A model generated the notes under the pieces. The model was not told where the DNA came from and ran no database searches. It worked only from the letters and a program-made list of their open reading frames with translations. From an uncultured bacterium (GTDB taxonomy: Bacteria; Chlamydiota; Chlamydiia; Chlamydiales; JAAZZY01), in contig CAYGMF010000005.1 in the NCBI GenBank assembly GCA_964351075.1, forward strand, positions 6,790 to 39,234: a stretch of DNA of 32,445 nt, in the 5' to 3' direction. The translations under genes and the position numbers were made by a program. Positions 16,909 through 27,506 of the stretch are shown in pieces (position 1 is the first letter of the stretch; each line of letters opens with the position of its first letter).

Positions 16909-17754
16909 ATGCCAAAAAAAATTCGCCCAACTACACCAGGTCAAAGAGGTTTGATACTTCCCTCTAACCATGAACTCACACGAGAAGACCCAAAGAAAAA
17001 AGCTTTGGTTAAACCTACCAAAAGTCTTTTAGTCTCTAAAAGAAGAACAAATGGTCGTAACAACCAAGGTCGCATTACATGTAGACACAGAGGTGGTGGG
17101 CATAAAAGACACTATAGAATAATTGACTTCAAAAGAGATAAAGTGGGCATACCTGCTAAGGTTGCCTCGATAGAGTACGATCCAAATAGATCAGCGCATA
17201 TCGCTCTACTCAACTATGTGGATGGAGAAAAGCGTTATATTTTAGCGCCACAAGGTCTAAAAGTGGGAGCTACTGTTGCCACTCAAACAGGAGCCCCTTA
17301 TAACGTTGGCTGTTGCTTGCCTTTAGATAAAATCCCTCAGGGATCAACAGTACATAATATAGAGATGTATCCAGGACGTGGTGGACAGCTTGTAAGAAGT
17401 GCAGGTTCATCAGCTCAGTTAATGGCGGTTTCATCTGGCTATGCAACACTAAAAATGCCTTCAGGCGAAGTGAGAATGGTCAAAGCAACATGCAGAGCAA
17501 CTCTTGGATCCCTTTCAAATTCTGAGCACTTTTTAAGAGTAGATGGAAAAGCAGGAAGAACAAGATGGAAAGGATTTAGGCCTACAGTCAGGGGAACAGC
17601 TATGAACCCTGTAGACCACCCACAAGGTGGTGGAGAAGGTCGTCAAAATAGTTACATTCCTAGATCTCCATGGGGGATTCAGGCAAAAGGGTATAAGACT
17701 AGATCTAAAAGAAAGTCTAAAAAACTGATTATCAAAGATAGAAGGAAAAAATAA
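16909..17754 (+). CDS. rplB: 50S ribosomal protein L2
   Basis: [39 protein letters not shown]. Start moved to ATG 16909. Confidence 0.98.
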   Translation: MPKKIRPTTPGQRGLILPSNHELTREDPKKKALVKPTKSLLVSKRRTNGRNNQGRITCRHRGGGHKRHYRIIDFKRDKVGIPAKVASIEYDPNRSAHIALLNYVDGEKRYILAPQGLKVGATVATQTGAPYNVGCCLPLDKIPQGSTVHNIEMYPGRGGQLVRSAGSSAQLMAVSSGYATLKMPSGEVRMVKATCRATLGSLSNSEHFLRVDGKAGRTRWKGFRPTVRGTAMNPVDHPQGGGEGRQNSYIPRSPWGIQAKGYKTRSKRKSKKLIIKDRRKK

Positions 17755-17763
17755 GGATAATAC

Positions 17764-18027
17764 ATGGGAAGATCACTGAAAAAAGGACCATTTGTAGACC
17801 ACCACCTTCTTAAAAAAGTAGATGGTCTAAATGCCAAAGGAACAAAACAATCTATTAAAACATGGTCGAGACGATCTATGATTATTCCAGAAATGGTAGG
17901 ACACACCTTTGAAGTCCATAATGGCCGCAAGTTTTTAAGCGTTTTTGTTTCTGAAAACATGGTAGGTCATCGTCTTGGAGAATTTTCTCCTACGCGATTG
18001 TTTAAAGGACATCAACAGGGTAAATAG
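17764..18027 (+). CDS. rpsS: 30S ribosomal protein S19
   Basis: [33 protein letters not shown]. Confidence 0.98.
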   Translation: MGRSLKKGPFVDHHLLKKVDGLNAKGTKQSIKTWSRRSMIIPEMVGHTFEVHNGRKFLSVFVSENMVGHRLGEFSPTRLFKGHQQGK

Positions 18028-18044
18028 AAAAAGAGTTAAATTGT

Positions 18045-18389
18045 ATGCAAAAAGCTAAAGCGATAACAAAATACATTAGAATAAGTCCTCTTAAAGCTCG
18101 ATTAGCAGCGGATATGATCCGAGGCAAGGGCGTTGTAGAGGCTAAAGCTCAGCTTCAGTTCAGTGGACTGAAAGCGGGTAGGCTCCTCAAGAAAACTCTT
18201 GATAGTGCTGTAGCCAATATGGAGCTGCAGTCAGAAGTCAAAAGAGAAAACATGAGAGTCTCAGAAGTGAAAGTAGATGAAGGCCCTCGGATGAAGAGAG
18301 CAAAAGCCAGAAATAAAGGCGGAAGAAGTCCCATCTTAAAAAGGATGAGCCACTTTACTGTCGTCATTGAAAGTGAATTAAAGGAGTAA
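18045..18389 (+). CDS. rplV: 50S ribosomal protein L22
   Basis: RISP.KARL.AD.IRGK, SAVAN, VDEGP.MKR, KR.SH.TV. Confidence 0.98.
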   Translation: MQKAKAITKYIRISPLKARLAADMIRGKGVVEAKAQLQFSGLKAGRLLKKTLDSAVANMELQSEVKRENMRVSEVKVDEGPRMKRAKARNKGGRSPILKRMSHFTVVIESELKE

Positions 18390-18391
18390 CA

Positions 18392-19039
18392 ATGGGTCAG
18401 AAAGTCTGTCCAATCGGATTTCGTTTAGTACGTAATAAGAAATGGAGTTCTGTTTGGTTTGCAAATAAGGGCGAATACGGAGATCTTCTAATTGAAGATT
18501 TTAAAATAAGAAAGTTTCTGAAGAAGAAATCGACTTGTGAAGGAGCCTCTAAAATAGAAATTCGAAGAATGAGTGACAAAATTGAAGTCACTATTCATAC
18601 AGCGAGACCTGGGCTTGTCATTGGGAAAAAAGGTGCTGAAATAGAGTTGATTAAGAAAGAACTTTCAAAACTAACTTCAAAAGAAGTTTGGGTAGAAGTT
18701 GAAGAGATCAAAAGGCCCGACTTAGATGCAGATCTAGTAGCAGAGGGCATTGCAAAGCAAATTGCAAGACGAATGGCTTTTAGACGCGTCCTAAAAAAAG
18801 GAATTCAGTCGACTATGGATGCTGGAGCCCATGGAGTTAAAATTCAAATTTCTGGTAGGTTAGGTGGCGCAGAAATAGCAAGAAGTGAGTGCTATAAAGA
18901 AGGTTCTATACCTCTACATACCATCAAAACTGATATTAACTATGCAACAGCGCGATCAGAGACCACATATGGTACGATTGGTATTAAAGTTTGGATTAAC
19001 CGCGGAGAGGAAATCCTAACAGAGAAAGGGGGAAAGTAA
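18392..19039 (+). CDS. rpsC: 30S ribosomal protein S3
   Basis: [43 protein letters not shown]. Confidence 0.98.
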   Translation: MGQKVCPIGFRLVRNKKWSSVWFANKGEYGDLLIEDFKIRKFLKKKSTCEGASKIEIRRMSDKIEVTIHTARPGLVIGKKGAEIELIKKELSKLTSKEVWVEVEEIKRPDLDADLVAEGIAKQIARRMAFRRVLKKGIQSTMDAGAHGVKIQISGRLGGAEIARSECYKEGSIPLHTIKTDINYATARSETTYGTIGIKVWINRGEEILTEKGGK

Positions 19040-19040
19040 G

Positions 19041-19460
19041 ATGGCCTTAATGCCTAAGAAAACAAAATTTAGAAAACAACAAAAGGGCCAGCATGCTGGA
19101 CTTAGTAAGGGTGGAAACTTTGTTGATTTTGGAGACTTTGGGATTCAAGTTGTCGACAGAGGCTGGATTACCAATACTCAAATTGAAGCGTGTCGTATTT
19201 CTATAAACAGGTTTTTTCAAAGAAAAGGTAAAGTTTGGATAAGAGTTTTCCCAGATAAACCAGTTACTAAAAAACCTGCAGAGGTTCGAATGGGTAAAGG
19301 GAAAGGGTCTGTTGATAAATGGGTTGCTGTAGTTAGACCTGGAAAGATTTTATTCGAAGTTTCTAATGTTTCTAGAGAAATGGCTCAAATGGCTCTTGGT
19401 CGGGCAGCTGCAAAACTAGGGATTAGAACAAGATTTGTTGAACGTTTAGAACGAGTATAA
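19041..19460 (+). CDS. rplP: 50S ribosomal protein L16
   Basis: [34 protein letters not shown]. Confidence 0.98.
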   Translation: MALMPKKTKFRKQQKGQHAGLSKGGNFVDFGDFGIQVVDRGWITNTQIEACRISINRFFQRKGKVWIRVFPDKPVTKKPAEVRMGKGKGSVDKWVAVVRPGKILFEVSNVSREMAQMALGRAAAKLGIRTRFVERLERV

Positions 19461-19472
19461 GGATTTAAGGTC

Positions 19473-19694
19473 ATGGCAAAAAAAGAAAAGACATTGTTAG
19501 AGCACTCAATAGGTGAATTGCATGTTAAATATGAGAATACTTGCAGACAACTTTTTGAGCTGAAAAACGAGTACCGTTTAAACAGGCAGTTAAAGAAGCC
19601 ACATCTTTTAAAAAAGACAAAAAAAGATATAGCGCGCATTTTAACTGTAGCTCAAATGAAGAGAAATCAAGAAATAACAGGAGATAAGAAGTAA
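19473..19694 (+). CDS. rpmC: 50S ribosomal protein L29
   Basis: LFELK...QLKKPH....KKDIARILT; between rplP and rpsQ. Confidence 0.93.
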   Translation: MAKKEKTLLEHSIGELHVKYENTCRQLFELKNEYRLNRQLKKPHLLKKTKKDIARILTVAQMKRNQEITGDKK

Positions 19695-19969
19695 TGCAAC
19701 AGGAAAAGCACTCTACCTCTAGAGGCCAAAGAAGCGAAAGAGTTGGTCTCGTTATCTCCAACAAAATGGATAAAACTGTAATTGTCAGAGTAGATCGCAC
19801 TTATCGTGACCCAAGATATGAAAAAGTTATTACTAGGGGACGAAAGTACTATGCTCATGATGAGTCCAATGCGCTAATATGTGGGGACAAGGTTTTAATT
19901 AAAGAGTCCAAGCCATTTTCGAAAACAAAAAGATGGCTAGTCGTTAAAAAATTAGAAGGAAATCAATAA
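19694..19969 (+). CDS. rpsQ: 30S ribosomal protein S17
   Basis: [28 protein letters not shown]. Confidence 0.98.
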   Translation: MQQEKHSTSRGQRSERVGLVISNKMDKTVIVRVDRTYRDPRYEKVITRGRKYYAHDESNALICGDKVLIKESKPFSKTKRWLVVKKLEGNQ

Positions 19970-19970
19970 G

Positions 19971-20339
19971 ATGATACAACAGGAATCTGAACTTAAAGTA
20001 GCTGATAACACAGGCGCTAAAAGAGTTAAGTGTTTCAAAGTACTAGGTGGATCGAAGAGAAGATATGCATCAGTAGGCGATGTCATCATTTGTTCGGTAA
20101 AAGAATCTGACCCAAAAGCAACTGCTAAAAAGGGAACAGTAATTAAAGCCGTGGTAGTGCGATCAAAGTACTACATTAAGAGAAAGGATGGATCTAAACT
20201 TCGCTTTGATCAGAATAGCTGCGTCATTATCGATGATAAAGGAAATCCTAAAGGAACAAGGATCTTTGGCCCTGTCGCAAGAGAAGTAAGAGATCGTGGT
20301 TACCTTAAAATTAGTTCATTAGCACCAGAAGTTATTTAG
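19971..20339 (+). CDS. rplN: 50S ribosomal protein L14
   Basis: [33 protein letters not shown]. Confidence 0.98.
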   Translation: MIQQESELKVADNTGAKRVKCFKVLGGSKRRYASVGDVIICSVKESDPKATAKKGTVIKAVVVRSKYYIKRKDGSKLRFDQNSCVIIDDKGNPKGTRIFGPVAREVRDRGYLKISSLAPEVI

Positions 20340-20347
20340 GAGTCCTT

Positions 20348-20713
20348 ATGAGTAAAAAGATTAGATCAGGAGACACTGTTTGTGTCATAGCGGGAAACGA
20401 CAAAGGGAAGACAGGTACTGTTTTACATAAATCTACAACAAAGATTCTTGTTGAAGGAATAAACATTAAAACAAAGCATATGAAACCGCAGGGTCAAAAT
20501 AAGCAAGGAAAGATCGTTAAGATTGAAAAACCTATCGATATTTCAAATGTTAAGCTTTGTGTAGATGGAGATAAACCTATAAAGGTCAAACTCAACAAAG
20601 CAAATCAAAAAGATAAAGAGCTTGTTTATCAGTCTAAAGGTAAAGCTGTTGTCTATAGACAGATACTAAAGCCCGCTAAACAAACTAAGCCTGCAGCTAA
20701 AACAAAAAAATAA
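20348..20713 (+). CDS. rplX: 50S ribosomal protein L24
   Basis: GDTV.VIAG.DKGKTG.V, VEG.N, E.PI.ISNV. Confidence 0.97.
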   Translation: MSKKIRSGDTVCVIAGNDKGKTGTVLHKSTTKILVEGINIKTKHMKPQGQNKQGKIVKIEKPIDISNVKLCVDGDKPIKVKLNKANQKDKELVYQSKGKAVVYRQILKPAKQTKPAAKTKK

Positions 20714-20731
20714 AAGAGAAAGCCTCAAAGT

Positions 20732-21268
20732 ATGAGTACATTTGAATCCACATATAAAGAAAAAATTATTCCAGCTCTAAACACTAAGTTTGGTTACAAG
20801 AATGTAATGCAGGTACCCAAGCTCAGAAAAATTGTGATTAATATGGGTATTGCTAAAGGAATTAAAGATAAAAATGCAATTGAAGACTCTATCCAAGAGC
20901 TTACCATGCTTTCAGGGCAAAAACCAATTGTCACTAAAGCTAAGAAAGCGATTTCTAACTTTAAATTAAGAGAGAACCAAGTTGTTGGTCTAAAGGTCAC
21001 TTTACGAGGAAAGAGAATGTATGACTTTCTCTATCGCTTTGTCCATATTATTGCTCCTAGAATTCGTGACTTTAGGGGATTTAATAGGAAGTGTGATGGA
21101 AAAGGTAATTACACTTTAGGGCTAGATGATCAGCAAATCTTTCCAGAAATTAACTTAGATTTAGTCAAGAGAACTCAAGGGATGCATATCACATTTGTAA
21201 CATCAGCTACAACTGATCCCGAATGCTTAGAGCTTCTTAAACATTTTAAAATACAATTTAAAGATTAA
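20732..21268 (+). CDS. rplE: 50S ribosomal protein L5
   Basis: VPKL.KIVINMG, GQKPIVT.AKK.ISNFKLRE, PRIRDFRG, IFPEI. Confidence 0.98.
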   Translation: MSTFESTYKEKIIPALNTKFGYKNVMQVPKLRKIVINMGIAKGIKDKNAIEDSIQELTMLSGQKPIVTKAKKAISNFKLRENQVVGLKVTLRGKRMYDFLYRFVHIIAPRIRDFRGFNRKCDGKGNYTLGLDDQQIFPEINLDLVKRTQGMHITFVTSATTDPECLELLKHFKIQFKD

Positions 21269-21289
21269 TACTTTTTAGGAACATATTAT

Positions 21290-21682
21290 ATGACAGATCC
21301 GATATCAGATTTATTAACAAGAATACGAAACTCTTCAACAGCGCAGAAGAGATACGTTAATATTCCTCATTCTAAGATTAAAGAAGAAATTGTAAAAGTT
21401 TTAAAAGCTAATGGATTTATTGTCGATTATAAGACAATAGAATTAGAGGGACGTAAAGCCATAAGAGTCTTTCTTAAGTATACACAAGATCGCACGCCTG
21501 TACTTAAGCACCTAAAGAGGAGGTCGAGACCTGGACTTAGAAAATATGTGAATAAAGAACAAATCCCAAGAGTGCTTGGTGGAATGGGAATTAGCATTGT
21601 TTCTACCTCCCAAGGCATTTTAGAGGGAAATGAAGCGAGAAATAGAAATTTGGGTGGTGAGCTACTTTGTGTAGTTTGGTAA
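21290..21682 (+). CDS. rpsH: 30S ribosomal protein S8
   Basis: TDPI.D.LTRIRN, SRPGLR.Y, STSQG, GGELLC.VW. Confidence 0.98.
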   Translation: MTDPISDLLTRIRNSSTAQKRYVNIPHSKIKEEIVKVLKANGFIVDYKTIELEGRKAIRVFLKYTQDRTPVLKHLKRRSRPGLRKYVNKEQIPRVLGGMGISIVSTSQGILEGNEARNRNLGGELLCVVW

Positions 21683-21701
21683 AGGATTTAAGGAGTAATT
21701 C

Positions 21702-22241
21702 ATGTCAAGAATAGGAAAACAGCCCATAGAAGTTCCAAAGGGTGTAGAAGTAAAAATAGAGAAGAAAAATGTTCGCGTCAAGGGACCTAAAGGAGAACTT
21801 GAGCTAGAAATACAAAAAGAAATATCTGTAAAGCAAGAAGAAAATGTACTTACTCTTGTAATTGACAACCCAACATGTCCATCAAAGTTTCAGGGTCTCT
21901 ACAGGGCTTTGATAGCAAATATGGTAAATGGAGTTAGTAAGGGATTTTCTAAAGACCTTGAGTTAAAAGGGGTTGGGTATAGAGCCGCAGTACAAGGGCA
22001 ACAAGTTAACTTGCAACTTGGTTTTTCCCATCCAACTTTAATTGACATACCGAAAGGGTTAGAAGTTAAAGTTGACAAAAATGTTCTACTTACAATTTCT
22101 GGTGCTGATAAACAACAAGTTGGCCAATTCGCTTCTCTTTTGCACCACTTAAGAAAGCCTGAACCCTATAAAGGGAAAGGAGTTCACTATGTGGGGCAGT
22201 ATGTTAGAAGAAAAGCAGGTAAATCTGCTGCTAAAAAATAA
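21702..22241 (+). CDS. rplF: 50S ribosomal protein L6
   Basis: MSRIGK.PI, VKGPKG, GVGYRA, LGFSHP, PEPYKGKG. Confidence 0.98.
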   Translation: MSRIGKQPIEVPKGVEVKIEKKNVRVKGPKGELELEIQKEISVKQEENVLTLVIDNPTCPSKFQGLYRALIANMVNGVSKGFSKDLELKGVGYRAAVQGQQVNLQLGFSHPTLIDIPKGLEVKVDKNVLLTISGADKQQVGQFASLLHHLRKPEPYKGKGVHYVGQYVRRKAGKSAAKK

Positions 22242-22259
22242 ATTAGGATGAATTAAATT

Positions 22260-22631
22260 ATGGAAACGAGCACTCTTAAAGCTTCTAGAAGAAAAAAGAA
22301 AAGAATACTACGTATTCGCAAAAGAGTAATAGGATCAACAGAAAGACCTAGACTATGTGTTGTAAAATCAAATAACTATGTCACAGTTCAAGTTATTGAT
22401 GATTCAAAAGGCTTAACACTTACTAGCCTAACCTCTTCTTCGAAATCTTTTAAAGAGGCCAACAAAAAGTCAAATAAAACAGATATAGCGAAAGCTATGG
22501 GGCAACAAGTTGCTGAAGCGTGTGCTGAAAAAGGCGTCAAATACGCAGTTTTAGATAGAAGGGGATCTAAATATCACGGAATTATCGCGGCTTTTGCTGA
22601 AGGAGCTCGTGACAAAGGACTACAATTTTAA
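22260..22631 (+). CDS. rplR: 50S ribosomal protein L18
   Basis: RPRL.V.KSN, QVIDD, DR.G.KYHG...A.AEGAR..GL.F. Confidence 0.97.
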   Translation: METSTLKASRRKKKRILRIRKRVIGSTERPRLCVVKSNNYVTVQVIDDSKGLTLTSLTSSSKSFKEANKKSNKTDIAKAMGQQVAEACAEKGVKYAVLDRRGSKYHGIIAAFAEGARDKGLQF

Positions 22632-22649
22632 TTAAGAGAAAGAGCCAAG

Positions 22650-23150
22650 ATGTCAAATAATAATCAAAGACAAACAGTAGAAGATTTTTCAACTGAATTC
22701 GAAGAGAAAGTACTCTTCATTAACAGATGTGCTAAAGTTTTGAAAGGTGGTAGGAAGTTTAGCTTTTCCGCTTTGATAGCAGTTGGTGATCGAGAAGGTC
22801 ATATCGGATATGGCTTTGCAAAAGCTAATGAACTCGCAGACTCAATACGAAAAGGTGTTGATGCAGCCAAAAAAGATATAATGACTGTCAAAATGACAGG
22901 AACTACAATTCCTCATGAGATAATAGTTCGTTGGGATGGAGCTGTTCTCTTACTAAAACCTGCAAAGAAAGGATCTGGTATTATTGCTGGATCTAAAGTA
23001 AGAGCAATTTTGGAATTGGCTGGTATTAAAGATGTAGTAGCGAAAAGCTTAGGATGTAGTAATCCTATGAATCTCGTACACGCAACCTTCAAAGCACTGG
23101 ATTTATTTAGAAAAAAAGAAGAATGCCTAGAGATGAGAGGGATCAGATAA
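22650..23150 (+). CDS. rpsE: 30S ribosomal protein S5
   Basis: INR.AKV.KGGR.FSF.AL, TIPHE, G.G.IAG..VRA.LELAG. Confidence 0.98.
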   Translation: MSNNNQRQTVEDFSTEFEEKVLFINRCAKVLKGGRKFSFSALIAVGDREGHIGYGFAKANELADSIRKGVDAAKKDIMTVKMTGTTIPHEIIVRWDGAVLLLKPAKKGSGIIAGSKVRAILELAGIKDVVAKSLGCSNPMNLVHATFKALDLFRKKEECLEMRGIR

Positions 23151-23151
23151 A

Positions 23152-23592
23152 ATGAAACTCAATACATTTAATGCAAAAATTAAGCCAAAGAGAAATAGGC
23201 TAGGAAGAGGCCCAGGTAGTGGTCTTGGTAAAACTTCCGGAAGAGGAGAAAAGGGAGCAGGTTCTAGATCAGGTTACAAAAGAAGACATACCTATGAAGG
23301 TGGTCAATTTAGACTTTTCCAAAAACTACCTACTCGAGGGTTTAGCAGAGCTAGATTTAGAAAACCTCTTGATCCAATTAACCTTAACCAAATAGACCTT
23401 ATCTACAAAGATGGTGAAACAGTAAGTTTAGAAACTCTAAAAGCACGTGGACTACTAAGTGGTCACTCTTATGGAGTTAAGCTCTTGGCTCAAGGTGAAA
23501 CTACAAAAAAAATTACCATAGAATTAGCTGCCTATTCAAAAGCTGCTATTGAAAAGCTGGATAAAGCCGGTATTAAGTACACAACAATATAA
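23152..23592 (+). CDS. rplO: 50S ribosomal protein L15
   Basis: GRG.GSG.GKTSGRG.KG..SRSG, YEGGQ..L...LP.RGF. Confidence 0.98.
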   Translation: MKLNTFNAKIKPKRNRLGRGPGSGLGKTSGRGEKGAGSRSGYKRRHTYEGGQFRLFQKLPTRGFSRARFRKPLDPINLNQIDLIYKDGETVSLETLKARGLLSGHSYGVKLLAQGETTKKITIELAAYSKAAIEKLDKAGIKYTTI

Positions 23593-23613
23593 TCTTACCC
23601 CAAAATATAGAGT

Positions 23614-24993
23614 ATGATACAGGGTCTCAAAAGAATTTATTCAACACCAGAGCTCAAGAAAAAGGTGATTTTCACTTTACTGCTACTCGTTGTTGTACGT
23701 ATCGGAGCCTACGTTCCTGTACCAGGAATTAACGCTGAAGCAGCTCTTAACTACTTCAAATTTGTCACAAAGGGTGGACAAAATCTTTTACAGCTGCTTG
23801 ACTTGTTTTCAGGGGGCGCTTTTGGGCAAATGACTGTAATTGCTTTGAGTATTATGCCTTATATTACAGCATCCATTGTGATTCAGCTTTTAGTGGCATT
23901 AATTCCTAGTCTTCAAAGAGAAATAAAAGAAAATCAAGAGTCAGGTAAAAGAAAAATCGGTAAATGGACTCGCATCCTTGCTACTCTTTTATCTGTTATG
24001 CAAGCGACATTGCTAGCACGTTATGCTCTGCAAATGAATCAAGCTCATCCCGGTATTGTTGTTCATGAACTTTTTAAGGTTCAGGCTTTTGGTATACCTT
24101 GGCTTTTCTATATGATCGTAGTCTTTACCATGACAACTGGTACACTCTTTCTTATCTGGGTAGGAGAGCAAATCACCGAAAAAGGGATAGGGAATGGAAT
24201 TAGTTTAATAATAGCCTTAGGAATAGTTTCACAAATACCTAGTGCTATAGGTCTATTAGTTAAACAATTAAATTTAGGATCCCAGACATCGGGTCAGATG
24301 AGTCTAACTTCAATACTTATCCTTTCCATTGTATTTATCGCTGTTATTATGGGAACCGTACTGATCATTCAAGGGCAAAAAAAGGTACCTCTTCAATATG
24401 CTAGGCGCATCTCAGGTAGAAATGAAACTGCGGGTTCCTCAGCACACTTACCCTTAAAAATAAACTATGCTGGCGTTATACCCGTTATCTTTGCATCCTC
24501 ACTTCTTATGTTCCCTGCAACTATAGCACAGCTTTTAGGAAGTACGTTAGGTGCAAATTGGCTATCACAGCTAGCGCAATCACTTTACCCAGGCACAACC
24601 CTATATTCGGTTATCTTTGTTCTGTTAATACTCTTCTTTACTTTCTTTTGGACAGCTACCCAATTTAAGCCAGAACAAATAGCCTCAGATATGAAGAAAA
24701 ACGGGGCCTTTGTTCCAGGTGTTAGACAAGGAAAACCGACACAACAATATCTAGAATCTACAATGAATAGGATTACGCTTATAGGAGCTGTATTTTTAGC
24801 TCTTATTGCAATTTTACCTAACATTGTAAGTAAAGTTTTAAACGTTGATATGACCATTAGCCACTTTTTTGGAGGTACTTCACTTCTAATCTTGGTTGGG
24901 GTAATATTAGACACTATGCAACAAGTTGATTCTCACTTACTTACGAATAAGTATGATGGCCTTATGAAAAGAGGCCTTTCGAGAGAAAGATAA
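23614..24993 (+). CDS. secY: Preprotein translocase subunit SecY
   Basis: About 10 TM helices; VPVPG, IMPYITASI, GEQITEKGIGNGISL, AGVIPVIFA, PGVR.G, GGTSLLI.V.V. Confidence 0.98.
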   Translation: MIQGLKRIYSTPELKKKVIFTLLLLVVVRIGAYVPVPGINAEAALNYFKFVTKGGQNLLQLLDLFSGGAFGQMTVIALSIMPYITASIVIQLLVALIPSLQREIKENQESGKRKIGKWTRILATLLSVMQATLLARYALQMNQAHPGIVVHELFKVQAFGIPWLFYMIVVFTMTTGTLFLIWVGEQITEKGIGNGISLIIALGIVSQIPSAIGLLVKQLNLGSQTSGQMSLTSILILSIVFIAVIMGTVLIIQGQKKVPLQYARRISGRNETAGSSAHLPLKINYAGVIPVIFASSLLMFPATIAQLLGSTLGANWLSQLAQSLYPGTTLYSVIFVLLILFFTFFWTATQFKPEQIASDMKKNGAFVPGVRQGKPTQQYLESTMNRITLIGAVFLALIAILPNIVSKVLNVDMTISHFFGGTSLLILVGVILDTMQQVDSHLLTNKYDGLMKRGLSRER

Positions 24994-25016
24994 GGATTTT
25001 CACAAATAAAGTAATA

Positions 25017-25025
25017 TGCTAAAAT
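25017..25025 (+). promoter_or_regulatory. Possible extended -10 promoter for rpsM-rpsK-rpoA-rplQ
   Basis: TGcTAAAAT in the 93-bp secY-rpsM gap, identical to the extended -10 upstream of ssrA; -35 is weak. Confidence 0.4.
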
Positions 25026-25086
25026 TATCTCACTTTTTTGAAAATTTAAAGATAATTACGCGAATTAAGCAATATTAGGAGACAGA

Positions 25087-25470
25087 ATGGTACGGATACT
25101 TGGAGTTGATATACCCGATAATAAAAGAGTTGAAATAAGTCTAACTTATATATTTGGTGTGGGCAATAAGCGCTCTAAAGACATTATAGCGGAACTTAAA
25201 TTAGATCCTAATATGAGGGCACATCGACTTAAGTCAGAAGACATTTCAAATATTACAACCCTTCTTCAAAAGGATTATGTAGTAGAGGGTGACTTAAGAC
25301 GTCAGGTCCAAAATAATATTAAACGATTGATCAATATCCAATGCTACAGAGGATTAAGACATCGATCAGGTCTACCTGTTCGTGGACAACGTACCTCTAC
25401 AAATGCAAGAACTCGTAAAGGTAAAAAGAAATCAATTGCTGGAAAGAAGAAAGCTCCAGGTCCTAAGTAG
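25087..25470 (+). CDS. rpsM: 30S ribosomal protein S13
   Basis: RI.GVDIP..KR, VEGDLRR, YRG.RH..GLPVRGQRT.TNARTRKG. Confidence 0.98.
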   Translation: MVRILGVDIPDNKRVEISLTYIFGVGNKRSKDIIAELKLDPNMRAHRLKSEDISNITTLLQKDYVVEGDLRRQVQNNIKRLINIQCYRGLRHRSGLPVRGQRTSTNARTRKGKKKSIAGKKKAPGPK

Positions 25471-25497
25471 AAGCATAACATAATAAGGAGAATAGAG

Positions 25498-25911
25498 TTG
25501 GCTAAACAACAATCAATGCAACAAAAAAAGAAACCTACTAAAACTAAAAAGAAGGTTTTACGCTCAGTACCTACAGGTGTTGCAAATGTAAAGGCAACCT
25601 TTAATAACACAATTGTTTCTATATCTGATCCTATGGGAAATGTGATCTCTTGGGCATCTGGTGGAAAAGTCAATTTTTCAGGATCTCGTAAATCCACAGC
25701 CTTTGCAGCAACTGTTGCTGCTCAAAGCGCTGCTAAAGTTGCAGTTGCACGTGGAATGAAAGAAATTGAAGTTAACTTAAAGGGTCCAGGAGCAGGTAGA
25801 GAGTCTGCTGTTCGTGGATTGCAAAGCACCGGCCTATTAATAACCATTATTAGAGACAAAACACCTGTTGCTCATAATGGATGCCGCCCAAGAAAAAGAC
25901 GTAGAGTTTAA
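25498..25911 (+). CDS. rpsK: 30S ribosomal protein S11
   Basis: [39 protein letters not shown]; TTG start with AAGGAG SD. Confidence 0.98.
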   Translation: MAKQQSMQQKKKPTKTKKKVLRSVPTGVANVKATFNNTIVSISDPMGNVISWASGGKVNFSGSRKSTAFAATVAAQSAAKVAVARGMKEIEVNLKGPGAGRESAVRGLQSTGLLITIIRDKTPVAHNGCRPRKRRRV

Positions 25912-25952
25912 CCCGTAATACTAAATTTAAGACTTAATTAGGAGTACCCTTC

Positions 25953-27041
25953 ATGGCAGTAGTTTATGACAAGTTTGAAATGCCTGAAAAGATAGCAATT
26001 GAAGAAGCTAGTGACAATTATGCTAGATTCGTAGCAGAACCCTTTGAAAGAGGGCATGGACATACACTGGGTAATTCCTTAAGAAGGATGCTACTTACAG
26101 GTATTGAAGCTCCTTCAATAATTTCTATACAGATTGAGGGTATCCCTCATGAATATATGGCAGTCGAAGGTATCGTAGAAGATATGACAGTCATCATTCT
26201 AAACATTAAAGGCGCTCGCTTAAGAAGAATCCCTTTGGAAGAAAATAATGACAGACTTCACCAGCAACATCTTGTTTCTAAAGACCTCATTATCACTGAT
26301 GAAATGCTTAAGGAAGGCGGAGGACAGTATAAAGTCAAAATGAAAGACTTAATTATTTCTCCTCTTTTTGAAGTTGTTAATCCTGAACTAGACATTTTCA
26401 CTGTAACAAAACCTATGTCTAAAAAGGTTACTCTTCGCATAAGTATCGGAAGAGGTTATGTCCCTTCAGAAAGACATCAACTAAATGACAAAGTAGCTGG
26501 TGAAATAGTAATTGATTCTGCATTTTCTCCAGTAAAAACTGTTAACTATACTGTAGAAAATACACGTGTAGGACAAGATACAGATTATGATCGTCTTATC
26601 CTAGAGGTAACTACTGATGGCCGCATAACACCTAAAGAAGCATTGGCTTTTGCAGCTCAAATTGGAATTAAGCACTTTGAGTCCTTTGTTCAGTTAGAAA
26701 CTTATGACTTATCTTTCCAAGAAGAGTCTGAAGAAGTAGATAGTGATCGTGATGAGATACTTCAAAAACTTGCTCTTAAGATCAATGAAATTGAACTTTC
26801 AGTTAGATCTACTAATTGCTTGAATTCAGCACAAATTCAGACGATTGGTGAACTTGTTGTTAATCATGAATCAGAAATGCTTAAATATAGAAACTTTGGT
26901 AAGAAGTCTTTAAATGAAATTAAAGACAAGCTGCATGATATGAACCTTTCTTTAGGGATGGATCTAAGTAGATATAATATTACTAAAGAAAATGTTAAAG
27001 ATGTGCTTATAAAGTATGAAAAAGAAGAAAAATCACTGTAG
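25953..27041 (+). CDS. rpoA: DNA-directed RNA polymerase subunit alpha
   Basis: EP.ERG.G.TLGNSLRR, GRGYVP, FSPV..V.Y.VE.TRV, ELSVRS.NCL, NFGKKSL.EI. Confidence 0.98.
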   Translation: MAVVYDKFEMPEKIAIEEASDNYARFVAEPFERGHGHTLGNSLRRMLLTGIEAPSIISIQIEGIPHEYMAVEGIVEDMTVIILNIKGARLRRIPLEENNDRLHQQHLVSKDLIITDEMLKEGGGQYKVKMKDLIISPLFEVVNPELDIFTVTKPMSKKVTLRISIGRGYVPSERHQLNDKVAGEIVIDSAFSPVKTVNYTVENTRVGQDTDYDRLILEVTTDGRITPKEALAFAAQIGIKHFESFVQLETYDLSFQEESEEVDSDRDEILQKLALKINEIELSVRSTNCLNSAQIQTIGELVVNHESEMLKYRNFGKKSLNEIKDKLHDMNLSLGMDLSRYNITKENVKDVLIKYEKEEKSL

Positions 27042-27050
27042 AGGTAGATC

Positions 27051-27479
27051 GTGAGACATAGAAAAGATACTTTCAAATTAGGCCGAACAAGCTCACATAG
27101 ACGTTGCCTTATTGCTAACTTGCTTAAGTCCCTTGTAGAACACGAGAGAATAGAGACAACAGTTACAAAAGCTAAAGAATTACGTCGTCATGCTGAACGC
27201 TTAATCACTGTTGCAAAAAAGCAAACACTAGCTTCAAAGCGCCAAGCAATTGCTAAGTTAATGGTTCAATTTAATACACTTACTCCAAAAGAACAACGCG
27301 CTGCTAAGGCAGGTGATCATTCTTCTTACAACGGAGACAGAAAAGTTATTCACAAACTTTTTGAGAGCTTAGCTCCTAGGTATGTGAATAGACAAGGTGG
27401 TTATACTAGAATTATTAAGACAGGATTTAGAGTGGGTGACAAAGCTCCACTTTGCTTTATAGAGTACATTCCTGAATAA
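27051..27479 (+). CDS. rplQ: 50S ribosomal protein L17
   Basis: RH....[26 protein letters not shown]...R.GD.A; GTG start. Confidence 0.98.
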   Translation: MRHRKDTFKLGRTSSHRRCLIANLLKSLVEHERIETTVTKAKELRRHAERLITVAKKQTLASKRQAIAKLMVQFNTLTPKEQRAAKAGDHSSYNGDRKVIHKLFESLAPRYVNRQGGYTRIIKTGFRVGDKAPLCFIEYIPE

Positions 27480-27506
27480 TTTTATCGACTTAATCTTAGG
27501 TCATTC

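Noticed and set aside
17599-17643. L2 motif DHPQGGGEG instead of DHPHGGGEG
   Set aside because: The functionally critical first His is retained, and the second position is known to vary.
20665-20713. Histone-like KPAKQTKPAAKTKK tail on L24
   Set aside because: Short Lys/Ala extensions on ribosomal proteins are common.
15217-27479. Missing rpsJ, rpsN, rpmD, adk, map, infA, rpmJ and rpsD in the ribosomal cluster
   Set aside because: This is the usual chlamydial arrangement (genes relocated, or rpmD absent). Useful for taxonomy but not novel.
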